From the IMG/VR virus record IMGVR_UViG_3300027754_000042: 64,000 bases of DNA; one strand, given 5' to 3'. The position numbers and the translations under genes are program-made. Under the pieces are notes generated by a model that did not search any database, was not told the DNA's origin, and saw only the letters and a list, made by a program, of their open reading frames with translations. The DNA is from a virus. Position 1 is the first letter of the stretch. Each line of letters begins with the position of its first letter. Shown piece by piece: positions 37,707-48,287 of this stretch.

Positions 37707-38453
37707 ATGGCACTATGGGGTTTTAGTAGAGAAAGCACACAGGTAGCTTCCGGAGCAAATACGGAAGCTGCTATCCGCAAAGGTTATCGCCCACTTCCAC
37801 TAGCAGGCGGTATTGGTCACTCATTTGATTTACCAGATGGTGGTAGTTATGCAAACAAGCGTAACGTCATCGCAACATCTGCTGGATGGGTTCGTCGCAC
37901 CAATCGCGTATCAGATGGCAATCAACGTCAGTTTGATGAAATTTTGGTTGCAGCAAATCCAGGCAGTGGATTTAGATATACATCTAATACATTTCTTGGT
38001 AGTCCAGACATTGTAGAAATCTTCGTGAAGCTAAATGCTAACGGAGTTATTTCTGCAAACGCATCTGGTGCTAACCTATATGTTGTGTTTAATATGCCAG
38101 TTCATAAGCGCCCATCAGGTAACCTTATGTCAATTAGCATTGCAAACACTGCTGGTGGTAACAACGCAGTTGCTCGTATCACAGCAGCTTCGGCCGCTCG
38201 TGCAAACGTGGCCAATAACGTAATGATCTTCACTCTACCTGCAATGCGTGGTGGTGTTGGTTCTGCGAAGGCTACATATCATGTGAACGCACAATCAATC
38301 TCAGTAACCGGTGGTGGTAATCCACTTTATAATCCAGACTTCGGTGTTACGATTACAGCTAACCTTGTAATCACAGGCGCAGTTGCTAACAATCTTACTC
38401 GCTTCAACGGCGAGCGTATTACCAACTTCACAGTATCACCAGGCGGACGCTAA
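37707..38453 (+). CDS. probable virion structural protein
   Basis: MALWG start, A/G/N/T-rich; CTAAATA late-type box at 37634. Confidence 0.65.
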   Translation: MALWGFSRESTQVASGANTEAAIRKGYRPLPLAGGIGHSFDLPDGGSYANKRNVIATSAGWVRRTNRVSDGNQRQFDEILVAANPGSGFRYTSNTFLGSPDIVEIFVKLNANGVISANASGANLYVVFNMPVHKRPSGNLMSISIANTAGGNNAVARITAASAARANVANNVMIFTLPAMRGGVGSAKATYHVNAQSISVTGGGNPLYNPDFGVTITANLVITGAVANNLTRFNGERITNFTVSPGGR

Positions 38454-38474
38454 TAAAGGATCGGGAGCTGAATA

Positions 38475-38855
38475 ATGGCTGACAAGAAAGTATCTCAACT
38501 ACCATCAGCGACAACGGCTGCATCTCCCGATTTGCTCCTGATTGTTACTGACGCTAATGGAACACCTACATCTAAACAGATTACTGTAAAGAAGCTATTT
38601 GGTGCAGTTCCATCCAACACCGTGTTCAGTGGGTCAACACTCACTGTACGCGCACGTACCACAACTACAGCAAACGTCAATGTTACAAAAACTCTCACTG
38701 CAAATATTGTCAACGTCACATTAGGTAGCACACCAGCTTCCAATAATGCGACAACTGTTGGTATGGCTGTAGGAGAGATGCGTTTCACTAATACATATAT
38801 CTACATTGCAGTCAACGCAACTACCATAAAGAGAGTTGCGCTTAATACATTTTGA
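38475..38855 (+). CDS. probable virion structural/fibre-associated protein
   Basis: MADKKVSQLP start, YIYIAV...KRVAL end. Confidence 0.65.
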   Translation: MADKKVSQLPSATTAASPDLLLIVTDANGTPTSKQITVKKLFGAVPSNTVFSGSTLTVRARTTTTANVNVTKTLTANIVNVTLGSTPASNNATTVGMAVGEMRFTNTYIYIAVNATTIKRVALNTF

Positions 38856-39307
38856 GGTGTGATTTGATTCATAAGGTAATTGAGTTTCTTTTAGATAATG
38901 GCGCCGAAGAAAATAATCACAGCCAAAGATCCTTATTAGAGCATCTAACCGGTACAGCAAGTTTACTTATGGACTGGGGATGTTCTAGTGACGTTGTATA
39001 TGCTGGATTGTGTCACTCAATTTATGGTACAGATTCATATCATACGGTTACCATAGATCCATCAAAGCGCGATGAAGTCCGTGCCTTGATCGGAGAGAAA
39101 GCAGAAGCATTAGCGTGGGAGTTCGGCAATCGCAAGAACCCACGCATTGTTTCGTTTATACAAAACCAAGAAACAGATTTAGTTGTTATTGAGTGCGCGA
39201 ACCTTATAGAGCAGAAAGTTGAGCCACACCATTTGGCTGCTGCTCTTGCTATATCATTACCACATGAAGTTCGCAAGAGCGTAATCAATTATTTAAAGGT
39301 CTACTAA
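38852..39307 (+). CDS. HD-related hypothetical protein (start uncertain)
   Basis: HSQRSLLEHL..T, AGLCHSIYGT, LIGEKAE. Confidence 0.6.
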   Translation: MRCDLIHKVIEFLLDNGAEENNHSQRSLLEHLTGTASLLMDWGCSSDVVYAGLCHSIYGTDSYHTVTIDPSKRDEVRALIGEKAEALAWEFGNRKNPRIVSFIQNQETDLVVIECANLIEQKVEPHHLAAALAISLPHEVRKSVINYLKVY

Positions 39308-39690
39308 TGGTCGGTGCAACAGAAAGAATCGAAGCTGCTATAGACAAGCTCACTGATATTTCCAGTGATCTAAAGGCTATGATTGCAGTTCAAGAAGCCA
39401 GACTGACTCAGCACGAAAAGCAAGCTGAGGTTATTGAAACCAAATTGGAAAAACGTCGTGAAGAATTGGATCAGAAATTGAAAGATGTTTATGATACGAT
39501 CCGCACACAAGACAAAGCCATATTAGACGAAATAAAAGCAGTAAGAGAAGAACAAAATAAACATTATGCATGTTTGAATGAAAAGATAGCTGCTATTCAG
39601 AAATACATATGGATGGCTATTGGAGGTGGTACTGTACTTGGCTATGGGTTTTCGTTTATAGCCACATTTTTTAAGGTACTTGGGCACTAA
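39307..39690 (+). CDS. coiled-coil protein with C-terminal TM
   Basis: Heptad pattern then WMAIGGG hydrophobic segment. Confidence 0.65.
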   Translation: MVGATERIEAAIDKLTDISSDLKAMIAVQEARLTQHEKQAEVIETKLEKRREELDQKLKDVYDTIRTQDKAILDEIKAVREEQNKHYACLNEKIAAIQKYIWMAIGGGTVLGYGFSFIATFFKVLGH

Positions 39691-39701
39691 GTGAAAGAGA
39701 T

Positions 39702-40091
39702 ATGAAAGGTACCTTGGACGAATCAAATTTTTTTCTGTTTGCCGCAAAGCATTATACCAATCCGTGCATTGACGAAATAGAGTTCAACGAAGACCTAGAT
39801 AGAATTAAAAATCTGCGTCGATTGTTTAATCGCTATGAAAAGAAAGGTGAGTTGAAGGAACGGTTGATACTGAATCACTTGGTGGTTCTTTACAATGTGT
39901 TTGAGCCAGAAGCTTTGACGCGAATGCTGACATTTAAGTTATATGATTACCTTGAGTATCTAAAACCATTCTTGTTGTTATTGAATTATTGGCCCGAAAA
40001 TGTGTACGGCATTGGTCAAAGAAACGAGACAATTAGATCCACGGACGTTATGATGGATCGTCAAATAATGGATGTTCTAAGGAAAATCTAA
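39702..40091 (+). CDS. conserved T4-like hypothetical protein
   Basis: LFAAKHY.NP.C...LKERLILNHL. Confidence 0.75.
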   Translation: MKGTLDESNFFLFAAKHYTNPCIDEIEFNEDLDRIKNLRRLFNRYEKKGELKERLILNHLVVLYNVFEPEALTRMLTFKLYDYLEYLKPFLLLLNYWPENVYGIGQRNETIRSTDVMMDRQIMDVLRKI

Positions 40092-40423
40092 TGAGCGAAA
40101 TCAAAGAAGATGCTCCAGGAAATGCCACAGGCGCAGCAGTCGCAGGCACAGGTGGCGGTGTTCATTGGAGTAAGAGACAACCAAAATTGGGCCTCAAAGG
40201 TACCATGAAAAAGTATGGGCAACCCATACTGTTCAAGACCCTTCGTCGTAAAGCTATAAAAGAAGCCAGACGCACAGAAGTGGATTACCAGCATGAATTA
40301 GATCGTAAGAAAGATGCTGGTGCAAATGAATCAAAATCCGTATATTACAAAGTCTTAAAGAAGCGTTTGCCTGCGGTCAGTCGCACAAGCGCAATGGGAG
40401 ACGGTTCAGACGGGAGCGAGTAA
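40091..40423 (+). CDS. conserved hypothetical protein
   Basis: IKEDAPGNATG N-terminus. Confidence 0.6.
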   Translation: MSEIKEDAPGNATGAAVAGTGGGVHWSKRQPKLGLKGTMKKYGQPILFKTLRRKAIKEARRTEVDYQHELDRKKDAGANESKSVYYKVLKKRLPAVSRTSAMGDGSDGSE

Positions 40424-40896
40424 TGGGTATAGGTATCAAAGTCGCAATAGCGGCAATTCTTTTTTCCATCGTATCAGGTGGGTATTTCTACATTCAAGCA
40501 TTAGAAGGTAAGTTAGAGGCTGCTGCGGAAGTTCAGCAGCGCATGGAAGGTGTTATCAATCAGCAAAAAGCACAGATGGATAGGCAGAATGAAGATATCC
40601 AGAAGATGCAGGAAATCAACACCGAAATAACCAAAGACTTTATCAAGACACAACAGGAAGCATCTGACCTTCGCTCGAAGGTTGCAGCGCCAAGACTAAC
40701 AGCCGCGTCTATCGCAAATGCTGATGATGTTCAAATGAAAATCAACCGTGGCACAAAAGCAGCGTTTCGTTGTAATGCGATTGCTACAGGTTCACCCTTG
40801 ACAAAAGACGAGCGTTCTGGTACTATGAAAAATGCAATATGTCCAGAATTAATTTCTTCTCTTATGCCTAAGGGAGTGGCTGCAAATGCAAAATAA
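40423..40896 (+). CDS. i-spanin (Rz-like)
   Basis: N-terminal TM, periplasmic coiled coil, followed by a lipoprotein gene. Confidence 0.75.
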   Translation: MGIGIKVAIAAILFSIVSGGYFYIQALEGKLEAAAEVQQRMEGVINQQKAQMDRQNEDIQKMQEINTEITKDFIKTQQEASDLRSKVAAPRLTAASIANADDVQMKINRGTKAAFRCNAIATGSPLTKDERSGTMKNAICPELISSLMPKGVAANAK

Positions 40897-41245
40897 AATC
40901 TTACTGCTATGCGCTACACTATTGTTGGCGGGTTGCAATTCAACACCCAAGGTATTTGATAAGCCAGTTCTGATTGATCGCCCAGAACTTATTCTACCAA
41001 CGGTAATGCCAGCCACACAAAACGATGTGGAGTGGATTGTTCTCACACCAAACAATATCGAAGCTAAGATAAAAGAAATGGCTGCCAGTGGTGGTCCAGT
41101 TGTACTATTTGCTGTGACACCTGCAGGCTATGAAACTCTTGCAATCAATGCGGCTGAGATGCGCCGCTATGTTGTACAACAAAATACCATAATTGCTGGC
41201 TACAAAAAATACTACCGTAACTACAAGCTAGAGGCTCAGAAATAA
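40886..41245 (+). CDS. o-spanin (Rz1-like lipoprotein)
   Basis: Lipobox LLAGC, Pro-rich segment, overlaps i-spanin. Confidence 0.75.
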   Translation: MQNKILLLCATLLLAGCNSTPKVFDKPVLIDRPELILPTVMPATQNDVEWIVLTPNNIEAKIKEMAASGGPVVLFAVTPAGYETLAINAAEMRRYVVQQNTIIAGYKKYYRNYKLEAQK

Positions 41246-41246
41246 C

Positions 41247-41275
41247 TTGACTAGTGCGATAATTCTGATTATAAT
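41247..41275 (+). promoter_or_regulatory. sigma70-type promoter giving a leaderless primase mRNA
   Basis: TTGACT-N17-TATAAT; ATG 6 nt after -10. Confidence 0.7.
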
Positions 41276-41281
41276 GAACCT

Positions 41282-42286
41282 ATGTCTAATATCACTGATT
41301 CGAAATACATAGCCCTCATCTCTCCCAAACTCTTGGTATTCAAGAAGAAGGGCGGCGCATATAATTTTCGTTGTCCTTTCTGTGGCGATTCCCAGAAAAA
41401 CAAATACAAAGCCCGAGGCTATCTTTTTCCAAAGAAAGATGGCTACATATTCAAATGTCACAACTGCGATCTAGGTACCTCACTGTACAAGGTGATTGAT
41501 ACCATTGATCCTAATCTCGCTCGCGCATACAAGCTGGAATCATTCAAGGAACGTGGCTTAGGTAACGAGCCATTGCAGTTCTCTATTCCAGATGTTCGCA
41601 AAGAAATCATAACCAAGACAGTTCTGGATGATATGCTGATAAAGATCAAGGATCTTCCGTCAGATCATTTTGCTGTGCAATATGTCAAGGGTCGCAAGAT
41701 ACCAAAGGATCGTTACGACGATCTATATTTCGCACGGGATATGAAAGCCCTAGAAACACTTAACCCTGCATATGAGGGCCGCCTGGTATCAGATGCTCGC
41801 CTTGTCATACCGTTTCGTAATGCGAATGGTAAACTAACAGGCGTGTCTGGGCGTGCGCTCGGTACATCCACACTCCGATATGTCACTATGCGTATTGAAG
41901 ACGAAGCCCTTGTCTATGGGCTCGATAAGGTAGATACAACAAAAACTATATACGTTGTAGAAGGTCCCATCGACAGCATGTTCTTACCGAACGCAATTGC
42001 TGCTGGTGGCACCGACTTCACACGCGCGGTACGAAGCATTCCTACCGATCGTGTGGTACTTGTATTTGATAATCAACCGCGTAATCCACAGGTCGTAAAG
42101 AAAGTTGAATCATTTGTCGCTGGTGGGTACGGGGTCGTCATCTGGCCAGATCACTGGAAATATAAAGATATAAATGAAGCAATTATTGATGGTTTGTCGC
42201 CAGAAGCAATTCACTCTATAATAAATACAGCTACGCATACTGGCTTGTCTCTCAAGCTTGCGATACGTTCCTGGAAAAAGTGTTGA
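41282..42286 (+). CDS. gp61: DNA primase gp61
   Basis: RCPFCGDS/CHNC zinc finger, VEGPIDSMF, KDINE TOPRIM. Confidence 0.95.
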   Translation: MSNITDSKYIALISPKLLVFKKKGGAYNFRCPFCGDSQKNKYKARGYLFPKKDGYIFKCHNCDLGTSLYKVIDTIDPNLARAYKLESFKERGLGNEPLQFSIPDVRKEIITKTVLDDMLIKIKDLPSDHFAVQYVKGRKIPKDRYDDLYFARDMKALETLNPAYEGRLVSDARLVIPFRNANGKLTGVSGRALGTSTLRYVTMRIEDEALVYGLDKVDTTKTIYVVEGPIDSMFLPNAIAAGGTDFTRAVRSIPTDRVVLVFDNQPRNPQVVKKVESFVAGGYGVVIWPDHWKYKDINEAIIDGLSPEAIHSIINTATHTGLSLKLAIRSWKKC

Positions 42287-42347
42287 AATAGCCGAGAGCA
42301 ATTCTCGGAACGATGCCGTTTGTTCAAAAAGAAAATTGGAGAATTAT

Positions 42348-44255
42348 ATGTCTAACTCGTTACCTTCCCTCTATCAGCAGTTCATTCATCTATCAAGATA
42401 TTCGAGGTTCATGTGGGATGAGGGGCGACGAGAAAGTTGGAGTGAAACGATCAGCCGCTTCTTTGATTTCTTTGAATCGCACCTGAAGACAAACCATGGT
42501 TATGATACTGCTCAGATTAGGGCCGAACTTGAAGATGCTGTTTTGTCTCTCAAGGTCATGCCATCTATGCGTTGCATTATGACTGCTGGTGAAGCATTGA
42601 AGCGCGAGAATATCGCAGCTTACAATTGCTCTTATGTTGCTGTGAATAGCCCACGGTCATTTGATGAGATCCTTTATATTCTTATGAATGGTACAGGCGT
42701 TGGATTCTCTGTAGAGTCCAAAGACGTAGAACAACTCCCCATCGTTTCCGAAGATTTTCATAACACCGATACCACAATCGTAGTTGCTGATTCAAAGCTT
42801 GGTTGGGCTAAGTCGCTCAAGGAGCTTATCGGTATGCTTTATGTTGGGCAAATTCCTCAGTGGGATGTGTCTAAGGTTCGTGCTGCTGGTACACCACTAA
42901 AGACGTTCGGTGGGCGTGCATCTGGCCCTGAGCCGCTTGAGGCTCTCTTCAAGTTCTGCGTAGAAACATTCAAGAAGGCCGCTGGTCGTCGTCTAAACAC
43001 ATTGGAAGCCCATGATATCGTTTGTAAGATTGCTGATATTGTCGTTGTCGGTGGTGTTCGTCGCTCCGCTCTTATTAGTCTCTCTGACTTGTCTGATGAC
43101 CGTATGCGCGTGGCAAAATCTGGTCAATGGTGGATGGACCAATCACAGCGAGCATTAGCTAATAACTCAGCGGTCTATAAAGAAAAGCCTGATATGGGTC
43201 TTTTCATGGAAGAGTGGAAGTCTCTCTATGAATCAAAGTCTGGTGAGCGCGGTATCTTCAATCGTGCGAGCGCGAAGGCTACAGTTATCAAGCATGGTCG
43301 TCGTAACCCTGATTATGATTTTGGTACCAATCCATGTTCCGAGATTATCTTGCGCGACAAGGAATTCTGCAATCTATCCGAAGTTGTTGTGCGCGATACT
43401 GACACGATGGAAACTCTCAAGGAGAAGGTCTATTGGGCTACCATTCTTGGTACATGGCAGTCAACACTAACTGGATTTAAATATCTATCATCATCTTGGA
43501 AGCGCAACTGCGAAGAAGAGCGTTTGCTCGGTGTGTCAATGACAGGAATCATGGACAATGACCTCACAAATGGAAAACTCCCAGGAATTGAAGGCCGCTT
43601 GGCAGAGCTTCGTGAAATTGCAGTCGCCACGAATGCAAAGTTTGCTAAAGAATTGGGTATTCCGCAATCTGCTGCTGTTACCTGTGTTAAGCCTTCTGGG
43701 ACTGTTTCTCAGCTTACTGATGCTGCTTCCGGTATTCATGCTCGTCATAATCCTTATTATATCCGCACCGTTCGTGCTGATAAGAAAGATCCACTGGCTG
43801 CTCTCATGATTGATGCTGGCATTCCAGTTGAAGATTGTGCGATGCGCCCTAATAATGTTTATGTGTTCTCGTTCCCAATGAAGGCACCAGAGAATTCGGT
43901 ATTCCGTACAGATATGTCGGCTATTGAACAGCTTGAACTGTGGGTCACTTATCAGGATCATTGGTGCGAACATAAGCCTTCGGTTACCATTTCTGTCAAG
44001 GAACACGAATGGCTTGAAGTTGGTGCTTGGGTCTATAAGCATTTTGACAAGATGTCAGGCGTGTCATTTCTTCCATTCTCTGACCATGTGTACAAGCAAG
44101 CACCATATCAAGACTGCACAAAGGAAGAATACGAGGCCTTCGCTGCTAAGATGCCTAAGGTAATTGATTGGTCTCGTCTTGGTCAATATGAAAAGACAGA
44201 TAATACCACTGGTGCACAAGAATTAGCGTGTGTTGCAGGAGGCTGTGAAATCTAA
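42348..44255 (+). CDS. nrdJ: class II (adenosylcobalamin-dependent) ribonucleotide reductase
   Basis: YNCS, GGVRRSA, GTNPCSEI, KPSGT, C-terminal CxxxxC; no R2 gene adjacent. Confidence 0.9.
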   Translation: MSNSLPSLYQQFIHLSRYSRFMWDEGRRESWSETISRFFDFFESHLKTNHGYDTAQIRAELEDAVLSLKVMPSMRCIMTAGEALKRENIAAYNCSYVAVNSPRSFDEILYILMNGTGVGFSVESKDVEQLPIVSEDFHNTDTTIVVADSKLGWAKSLKELIGMLYVGQIPQWDVSKVRAAGTPLKTFGGRASGPEPLEALFKFCVETFKKAAGRRLNTLEAHDIVCKIADIVVVGGVRRSALISLSDLSDDRMRVAKSGQWWMDQSQRALANNSAVYKEKPDMGLFMEEWKSLYESKSGERGIFNRASAKATVIKHGRRNPDYDFGTNPCSEIILRDKEFCNLSEVVVRDTDTMETLKEKVYWATILGTWQSTLTGFKYLSSSWKRNCEEERLLGVSMTGIMDNDLTNGKLPGIEGRLAELREIAVATNAKFAKELGIPQSAAVTCVKPSGTVSQLTDAASGIHARHNPYYIRTVRADKKDPLAALMIDAGIPVEDCAMRPNNVYVFSFPMKAPENSVFRTDMSAIEQLELWVTYQDHWCEHKPSVTISVKEHEWLEVGAWVYKHFDKMSGVSFLPFSDHVYKQAPYQDCTKEEYEAFAAKMPKVIDWSRLGQYEKTDNTTGAQELACVAGGCEI

Positions 44256-44410
44256 TGCCAGATAGAGATATTAGATGCCCTTGCGGCGAATATGAGTATA
44301 CCGTTTCGTATGAGAAGAATGGTAAGAAAGACGAACCATCATTCTGCGCCTTTTGTGGCGCAGATGTAGAAGACGCGAAGATTGAAGAACTCGAGGAAGA
44401 TGAGGAGTAA
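44255..44410 (+). CDS. small zinc-ribbon protein (51 aa, not in ORF track)
   Basis: CPC...CAFC with acidic tail; TAATG overlap. Confidence 0.65.
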   Translation: MPDRDIRCPCGEYEYTVSYEKNGKKDEPSFCAFCGADVEDAKIEELEEDEE

Positions 44411-44413
44411 ATT

Positions 44414-44704
44414 ATGAAACAGTGGTTATATTATGGTTGGGTAACATTCAAACATTGGTTTCTCTTTACATCGTGGACAATTTTCCACAGTAAAGAGGAC
44501 CGAGCAGAACTGATAAAGCTGTACAATGAAAGGCTTTTTCAGAAGAAGCAGATGGCAATATATGTTGCATATCTTGGTCGATTGGCAAAATATGATGAAA
44601 TCGAAGACTTTACCGGTCTAGATTTGTATATCGGTGATTTAAAAGCCGATAGGTTTGATCTCGTAGACGAGTACTACAAAGCTAAGGAAAAGAAAGAAGA
44701 ATAA
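44414..44704 (+). CDS. hypothetical protein
   Basis: SD GAGGAG, tight packing. Confidence 0.6.
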   Translation: MKQWLYYGWVTFKHWFLFTSWTIFHSKEDRAELIKLYNERLFQKKQMAIYVAYLGRLAKYDEIEDFTGLDLYIGDLKADRFDLVDEYYKAKEKKEE

Positions 44705-45405
44705 TGATTTCATTCATCATACCATGCTATAACGAAGAAGCGCATATCAAAGATTGCATACGTTCTATTCGTAAACATGTGTGGTACGTGCCGTATGAAA
44801 TCATTGTGGTTGATAACAATTGCACCGACAAGACTGCTGAAATCGCAGAACTAGAAGGTGCTTTTGTTATCAAAGAATCTCGCAAGGGTGTTGTGTTTGC
44901 GAGACAAGCTGGCTATGAAGCTGCTAAAGGTTTTCTGATTGCTAACATTGATGCTGATTCAAAAATAACTGAAGGTTGGGTTTGGGAAGCATTGAGTTGC
45001 CTATCTAATGAAAATGTTGTCGCTGTAAGTGGGCCTCTTAAATATGACGGCGCTAGTTTGGGTTTAAGAATAATGACTAAGCTCTATTACTTGATTGCAA
45101 AACTCAGCAACGATTATATTGGTGTATTTCTTCAAGGTGGAAATGCTATGATTAAAAAATCTGCTCTAGATAAAGTTGGTGGGTATGATTTAAATATTGC
45201 TTTCTATGGTGAAGATACTATGACAGCAAAGCGGATTCAGCATCTTGGTAAAATAGTATTTAATATGTACATGATTACCACGACCTCACCTAGACGACTT
45301 GAAGAGCAAGGCGTCCTCAAGACGACTTGGCTTTATTTGACTAACTATTTTTCCGTGACATTCAAAAATAAATCCACAACGAATGATTACAAGGATTATA
45401 GATGA
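44704..45405 (+). CDS. family 2 glycosyltransferase
   Basis: IIPCYNEE, VVDN, IDAD, GED. Confidence 0.9.
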   Translation: MISFIIPCYNEEAHIKDCIRSIRKHVWYVPYEIIVVDNNCTDKTAEIAELEGAFVIKESRKGVVFARQAGYEAAKGFLIANIDADSKITEGWVWEALSCLSNENVVAVSGPLKYDGASLGLRIMTKLYYLIAKLSNDYIGVFLQGGNAMIKKSALDKVGGYDLNIAFYGEDTMTAKRIQHLGKIVFNMYMITTTSPRRLEEQGVLKTTWLYLTNYFSVTFKNKSTTNDYKDYR

Positions 45406-46130
45406 AGTCATACCGAACAGTATTCATCTCAGATATCCATCTGGGCACGAAAATGAGTCAAGCAGACCAGCTGCTTGAGTTTATGAAAACATTTGAGTGT
45501 GAGAAGATATATCTTGTTGGTGATATTGTTGATTGTTGGGCCATGTCAAAGAAAAACATATGGTCTCAATTTCATAATGACGTAATTCAAAAGCTTTTGC
45601 GTCGAGCTAGAAAGGGCACAGAAGTTGTATATATCCCAGGAAACCATGACGACGTTATGCGTAACTATTGCGATAACGAATTCGGTCATATTATTATGGT
45701 TAGGGAAGCCATACATGTGGGAGTCGATAATAGGTTATATCTTGTTACTCACGGTGATCAGTTTGATGTGGTAATTAGAAATGCTGAATGGCTTTCTCAC
45801 CTTGGTTCATGGGCATATGATTTTAGTATTGACATGAGCTTTTTTATTAATAAAATAAGAACAGTGTTTGGTATGAAATACTGGTCGCTCTCCGCATATT
45901 TAAAAGGAAGAGTAAAAGAGTCGGTAAATTTTATTGGCAACTATGAAGAGACGCTATGTAATTATGTGAGAGGCAAAAATCTTGACGGAATTATATGCGG
46001 GCATATTCATCATGCTAATATTCGTGATATTGGCGGTATTAGATATATGAATTGTGGCGATTGGGTAGAATCGTGTACCGCATTGGTTGAGAACCATGAT
46101 GGTACATTTGAAATTGTGAAGTGGAAGTAG
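45402..46130 (+). CDS. LpxH-like (UDP-2,3-diacylglucosamine hydrolase family) metallophosphoesterase
   Basis: SDIHLG, GDIVD, GNHD, HGD, GHIH, NCGDW. Confidence 0.85.
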   Translation: MKSYRTVFISDIHLGTKMSQADQLLEFMKTFECEKIYLVGDIVDCWAMSKKNIWSQFHNDVIQKLLRRARKGTEVVYIPGNHDDVMRNYCDNEFGHIIMVREAIHVGVDNRLYLVTHGDQFDVVIRNAEWLSHLGSWAYDFSIDMSFFINKIRTVFGMKYWSLSAYLKGRVKESVNFIGNYEETLCNYVRGKNLDGIICGHIHHANIRDIGGIRYMNCGDWVESCTALVENHDGTFEIVKWK

Positions 46131-46143
46131 ACTATATAAGTCT

Positions 46144-46605
46144 ATGACATATGAGAATGCGTGGACTTTTAATGGTAAGGAATTTGACAGTGAGGATATC
46201 GGGGATGCGTACGGCTTCGTTTACCTTATCACAACACCAGAGGGTCAGAAGTACATCGGTAGAAAGTACTTCTGGTCTATCAGAAAAGTTAAGGGTAAGA
46301 CCCGTCGTCAGCGATCCGAATCTGACTGGAAAAAGTATTATGGCTCCAGTGATTTACTCAAAGCCAAAATCAAAGACTCCAACAAAAATCTCTTCAGACG
46401 AGAAATTATCTCTTTACATTCGACCAAAGGTCGTGTAAACTATGAAGAAGTAAAAGAGCAATTCGTAAATGGCGTCCTGGAAAGTGACGACTATATCAAT
46501 GACAATATCAATGGAAAGTGGCACCGTGGACCAGAACACATCACAAGCAAATCAAGATTCTCTTCCCTCTCATCTGGGCGGGCATCTAAACAAAACCCAC
46601 AATGA
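46144..46605 (+). CDS. GIY-YIG endonuclease
   Basis: GFVY...KYIGRK, YYGSS, F.REI. Confidence 0.85.
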   Translation: MTYENAWTFNGKEFDSEDIGDAYGFVYLITTPEGQKYIGRKYFWSIRKVKGKTRRQRSESDWKKYYGSSDLLKAKIKDSNKNLFRREIISLHSTKGRVNYEEVKEQFVNGVLESDDYINDNINGKWHRGPEHITSKSRFSSLSSGRASKQNPQ

Positions 46606-47104
46606 TCGTGGCACTCTCCTTCATTGTATCGAGAAGTTTCAAATCAAATCATTCCTCGATGTTGGCTGTGGCCCTGGCGGTATGGTTCGTCTCGCACAAA
46701 TGCGTAATCTATTCTCATTAGGTATCGACGGCGATTGGGAAGTTCCTAAGGAAAAGGAAGCAAAGATTATCATCCACGATTTCACAACTGGTCCTGCGCC
46801 ATTAGACCGCGAGTTCGATCTTGGTTGGTCTGTCGAGTTTCTTGAGCATGTGGATGAACAATATCAGGATAACTATATGCAAGCTTTTGCTCGCTGTAAG
46901 TATGTTGCATGTACCGCTGCTGGTCCTGGTGCACCTGGGCATCATCATGTGAACTGCCAACTACCTACATATTGGCTTGATGTTTTTGATAAGTATGGTT
47001 TTGATTATGATGACGAGACCACACAGGAAATTCGTCTACACAAGTCTACCATGCAGAAGCCATTCATGCAGCGTACTGGTATGTTTTTTGTAAGGAGAGC
47101 ATAA
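46511..47104 (+). CDS. SAM-dependent methyltransferase (start uncertain)
   Basis: LDVGCGPG, GIDG, VEFLEH, GHHHVNC. Confidence 0.8.
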   Translation: MESGTVDQNTSQANQDSLPSHLGGHLNKTHNDRGTLLHCIEKFQIKSFLDVGCGPGGMVRLAQMRNLFSLGIDGDWEVPKEKEAKIIIHDFTTGPAPLDREFDLGWSVEFLEHVDEQYQDNYMQAFARCKYVACTAAGPGAPGHHHVNCQLPTYWLDVFDKYGFDYDDETTQEIRLHKSTMQKPFMQRTGMFFVRRA

Positions 47105-47325
47105 TGATTTCGCAATATTGGAGCACTGATAAAAAGCTTTGTGCTGAAGTCCGTTTGTTTGAAGAACGCAGATTGGGTCCTGATACAGCCGCGGCTGCTA
47201 ACATGTACGCGGTAGATTTCAAGCGCGATGGTGTGCTTGTCGAGACAAGATACTTTCCTGGCAAGAGTGAAGCCTATGCTGATAGCGCAGCCTATAACTG
47301 GACGATTGGTATTCTAAATCTTTAG
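47104..47325 (+). CDS. hypothetical protein
   Basis: TAATG overlap; ends AAYNWTIG. Confidence 0.6.
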   Translation: MISQYWSTDKKLCAEVRLFEERRLGPDTAAAANMYAVDFKRDGVLVETRYFPGKSEAYADSAAYNWTIGILNL

Positions 47326-47333
47326 GAGATAAC

Positions 47334-47540
47334 ATGCAAATTTTAACGACACATAGTTGCGATGATGACCACCGTTGCGCTGACGTTCTCAAATATGAAG
47401 ATGGCACATTTACAGTTCGGTTTCGTTTATACGAGACTGTAGTTAAGACACAAGATTTTTCAACCGATCAGCAAGAAGCTGAAGCTGCGGCTAAAGATTG
47501 GTCTATAGGTATTATGGTGCGTCCTGATAATTCTATGTAA
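47334..47540 (+). CDS. hypothetical protein, paralog-like to preceding ORF
   Basis: CA(E/D)V and AA..W.IG shared with 47104-47325. Confidence 0.6.
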   Translation: MQILTTHSCDDDHRCADVLKYEDGTFTVRFRLYETVVKTQDFSTDQQEAEAAAKDWSIGIMVRPDNSM

Positions 47541-47554
47541 TAAAGGATTTAATT

Positions 47555-48286
47555 ATGATTGAACCTATTCGTATTTTCGTAGGCACATCTTCTAACAATG
47601 AAGATGCTGAGGCTGAAATGGTGTTGGAATATACACTAAAGAAGCACGCCACGCATCCTATCCAGATTACATGGATGCGCCAGACGCATGACACCAATTC
47701 TCATTGGGGTGGATGGGAAACGGAAAATTGGTCTACGCCGTTTAGTGGCTTTCGTTGGGCAATTCCTGAGGCGTGTGGTTATCATGGGCGAGCAATTTAC
47801 ATGGATGTAGATCAGCTTAATTTGCGTGATATCGCTGATCTATACGCAACGGATCTTAACGGCCGCCCTATGGCTGCTCGGCGCGGCGCTCGTTTTGGTG
47901 GTCATGAGTTTTGTGTCATTGTTATGGATTGTGAGCAGTTTAATGGTATTCTTACACCTGTGGCGCGAATGAAGTCTAACCCATCAGCCCATCATCGGTA
48001 TATCAATATGTTCTCTGGTAATCCAGAATATGTGACTGACCTCGATCCTCGGTGGAATTGTCACGATGGTGACGGTTTAGCTCTTGACAATATCTGGCAC
48101 TTACACTATACTAAAATGAGTACACAACCTTGGAAGCCTGCGTGGTTTACTGGCAAAGCTGAGGAACATCCACGGCAAGACCTTGTGAAGCTTTGGCATG
48201 ATATGCGAGCCGAAGCAGTTCTTAATGGCTACGCGCCACAGCTTACCAATGAAACATATGGCGACTATAACATCATAGGAAGATAA
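47555..48286 (+). CDS. GT-A glycosyltransferase-like protein
   Basis: STPFSGFRW, AIYMDVD, WN..D, HYT...QPW. Confidence 0.8.
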   Translation: MIEPIRIFVGTSSNNEDAEAEMVLEYTLKKHATHPIQITWMRQTHDTNSHWGGWETENWSTPFSGFRWAIPEACGYHGRAIYMDVDQLNLRDIADLYATDLNGRPMAARRGARFGGHEFCVIVMDCEQFNGILTPVARMKSNPSAHHRYINMFSGNPEYVTDLDPRWNCHDGDGLALDNIWHLHYTKMSTQPWKPAWFTGKAEEHPRQDLVKLWHDMRAEAVLNGYAPQLTNETYGDYNIIGR

Positions 48287-48287
48287 C

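Noticed and set aside
21312-44255. Introns or inteins in gp43, uvsX, gp41 or nrdJ
   Set aside because: All are continuous and of expected length with no splicing motifs noticed.
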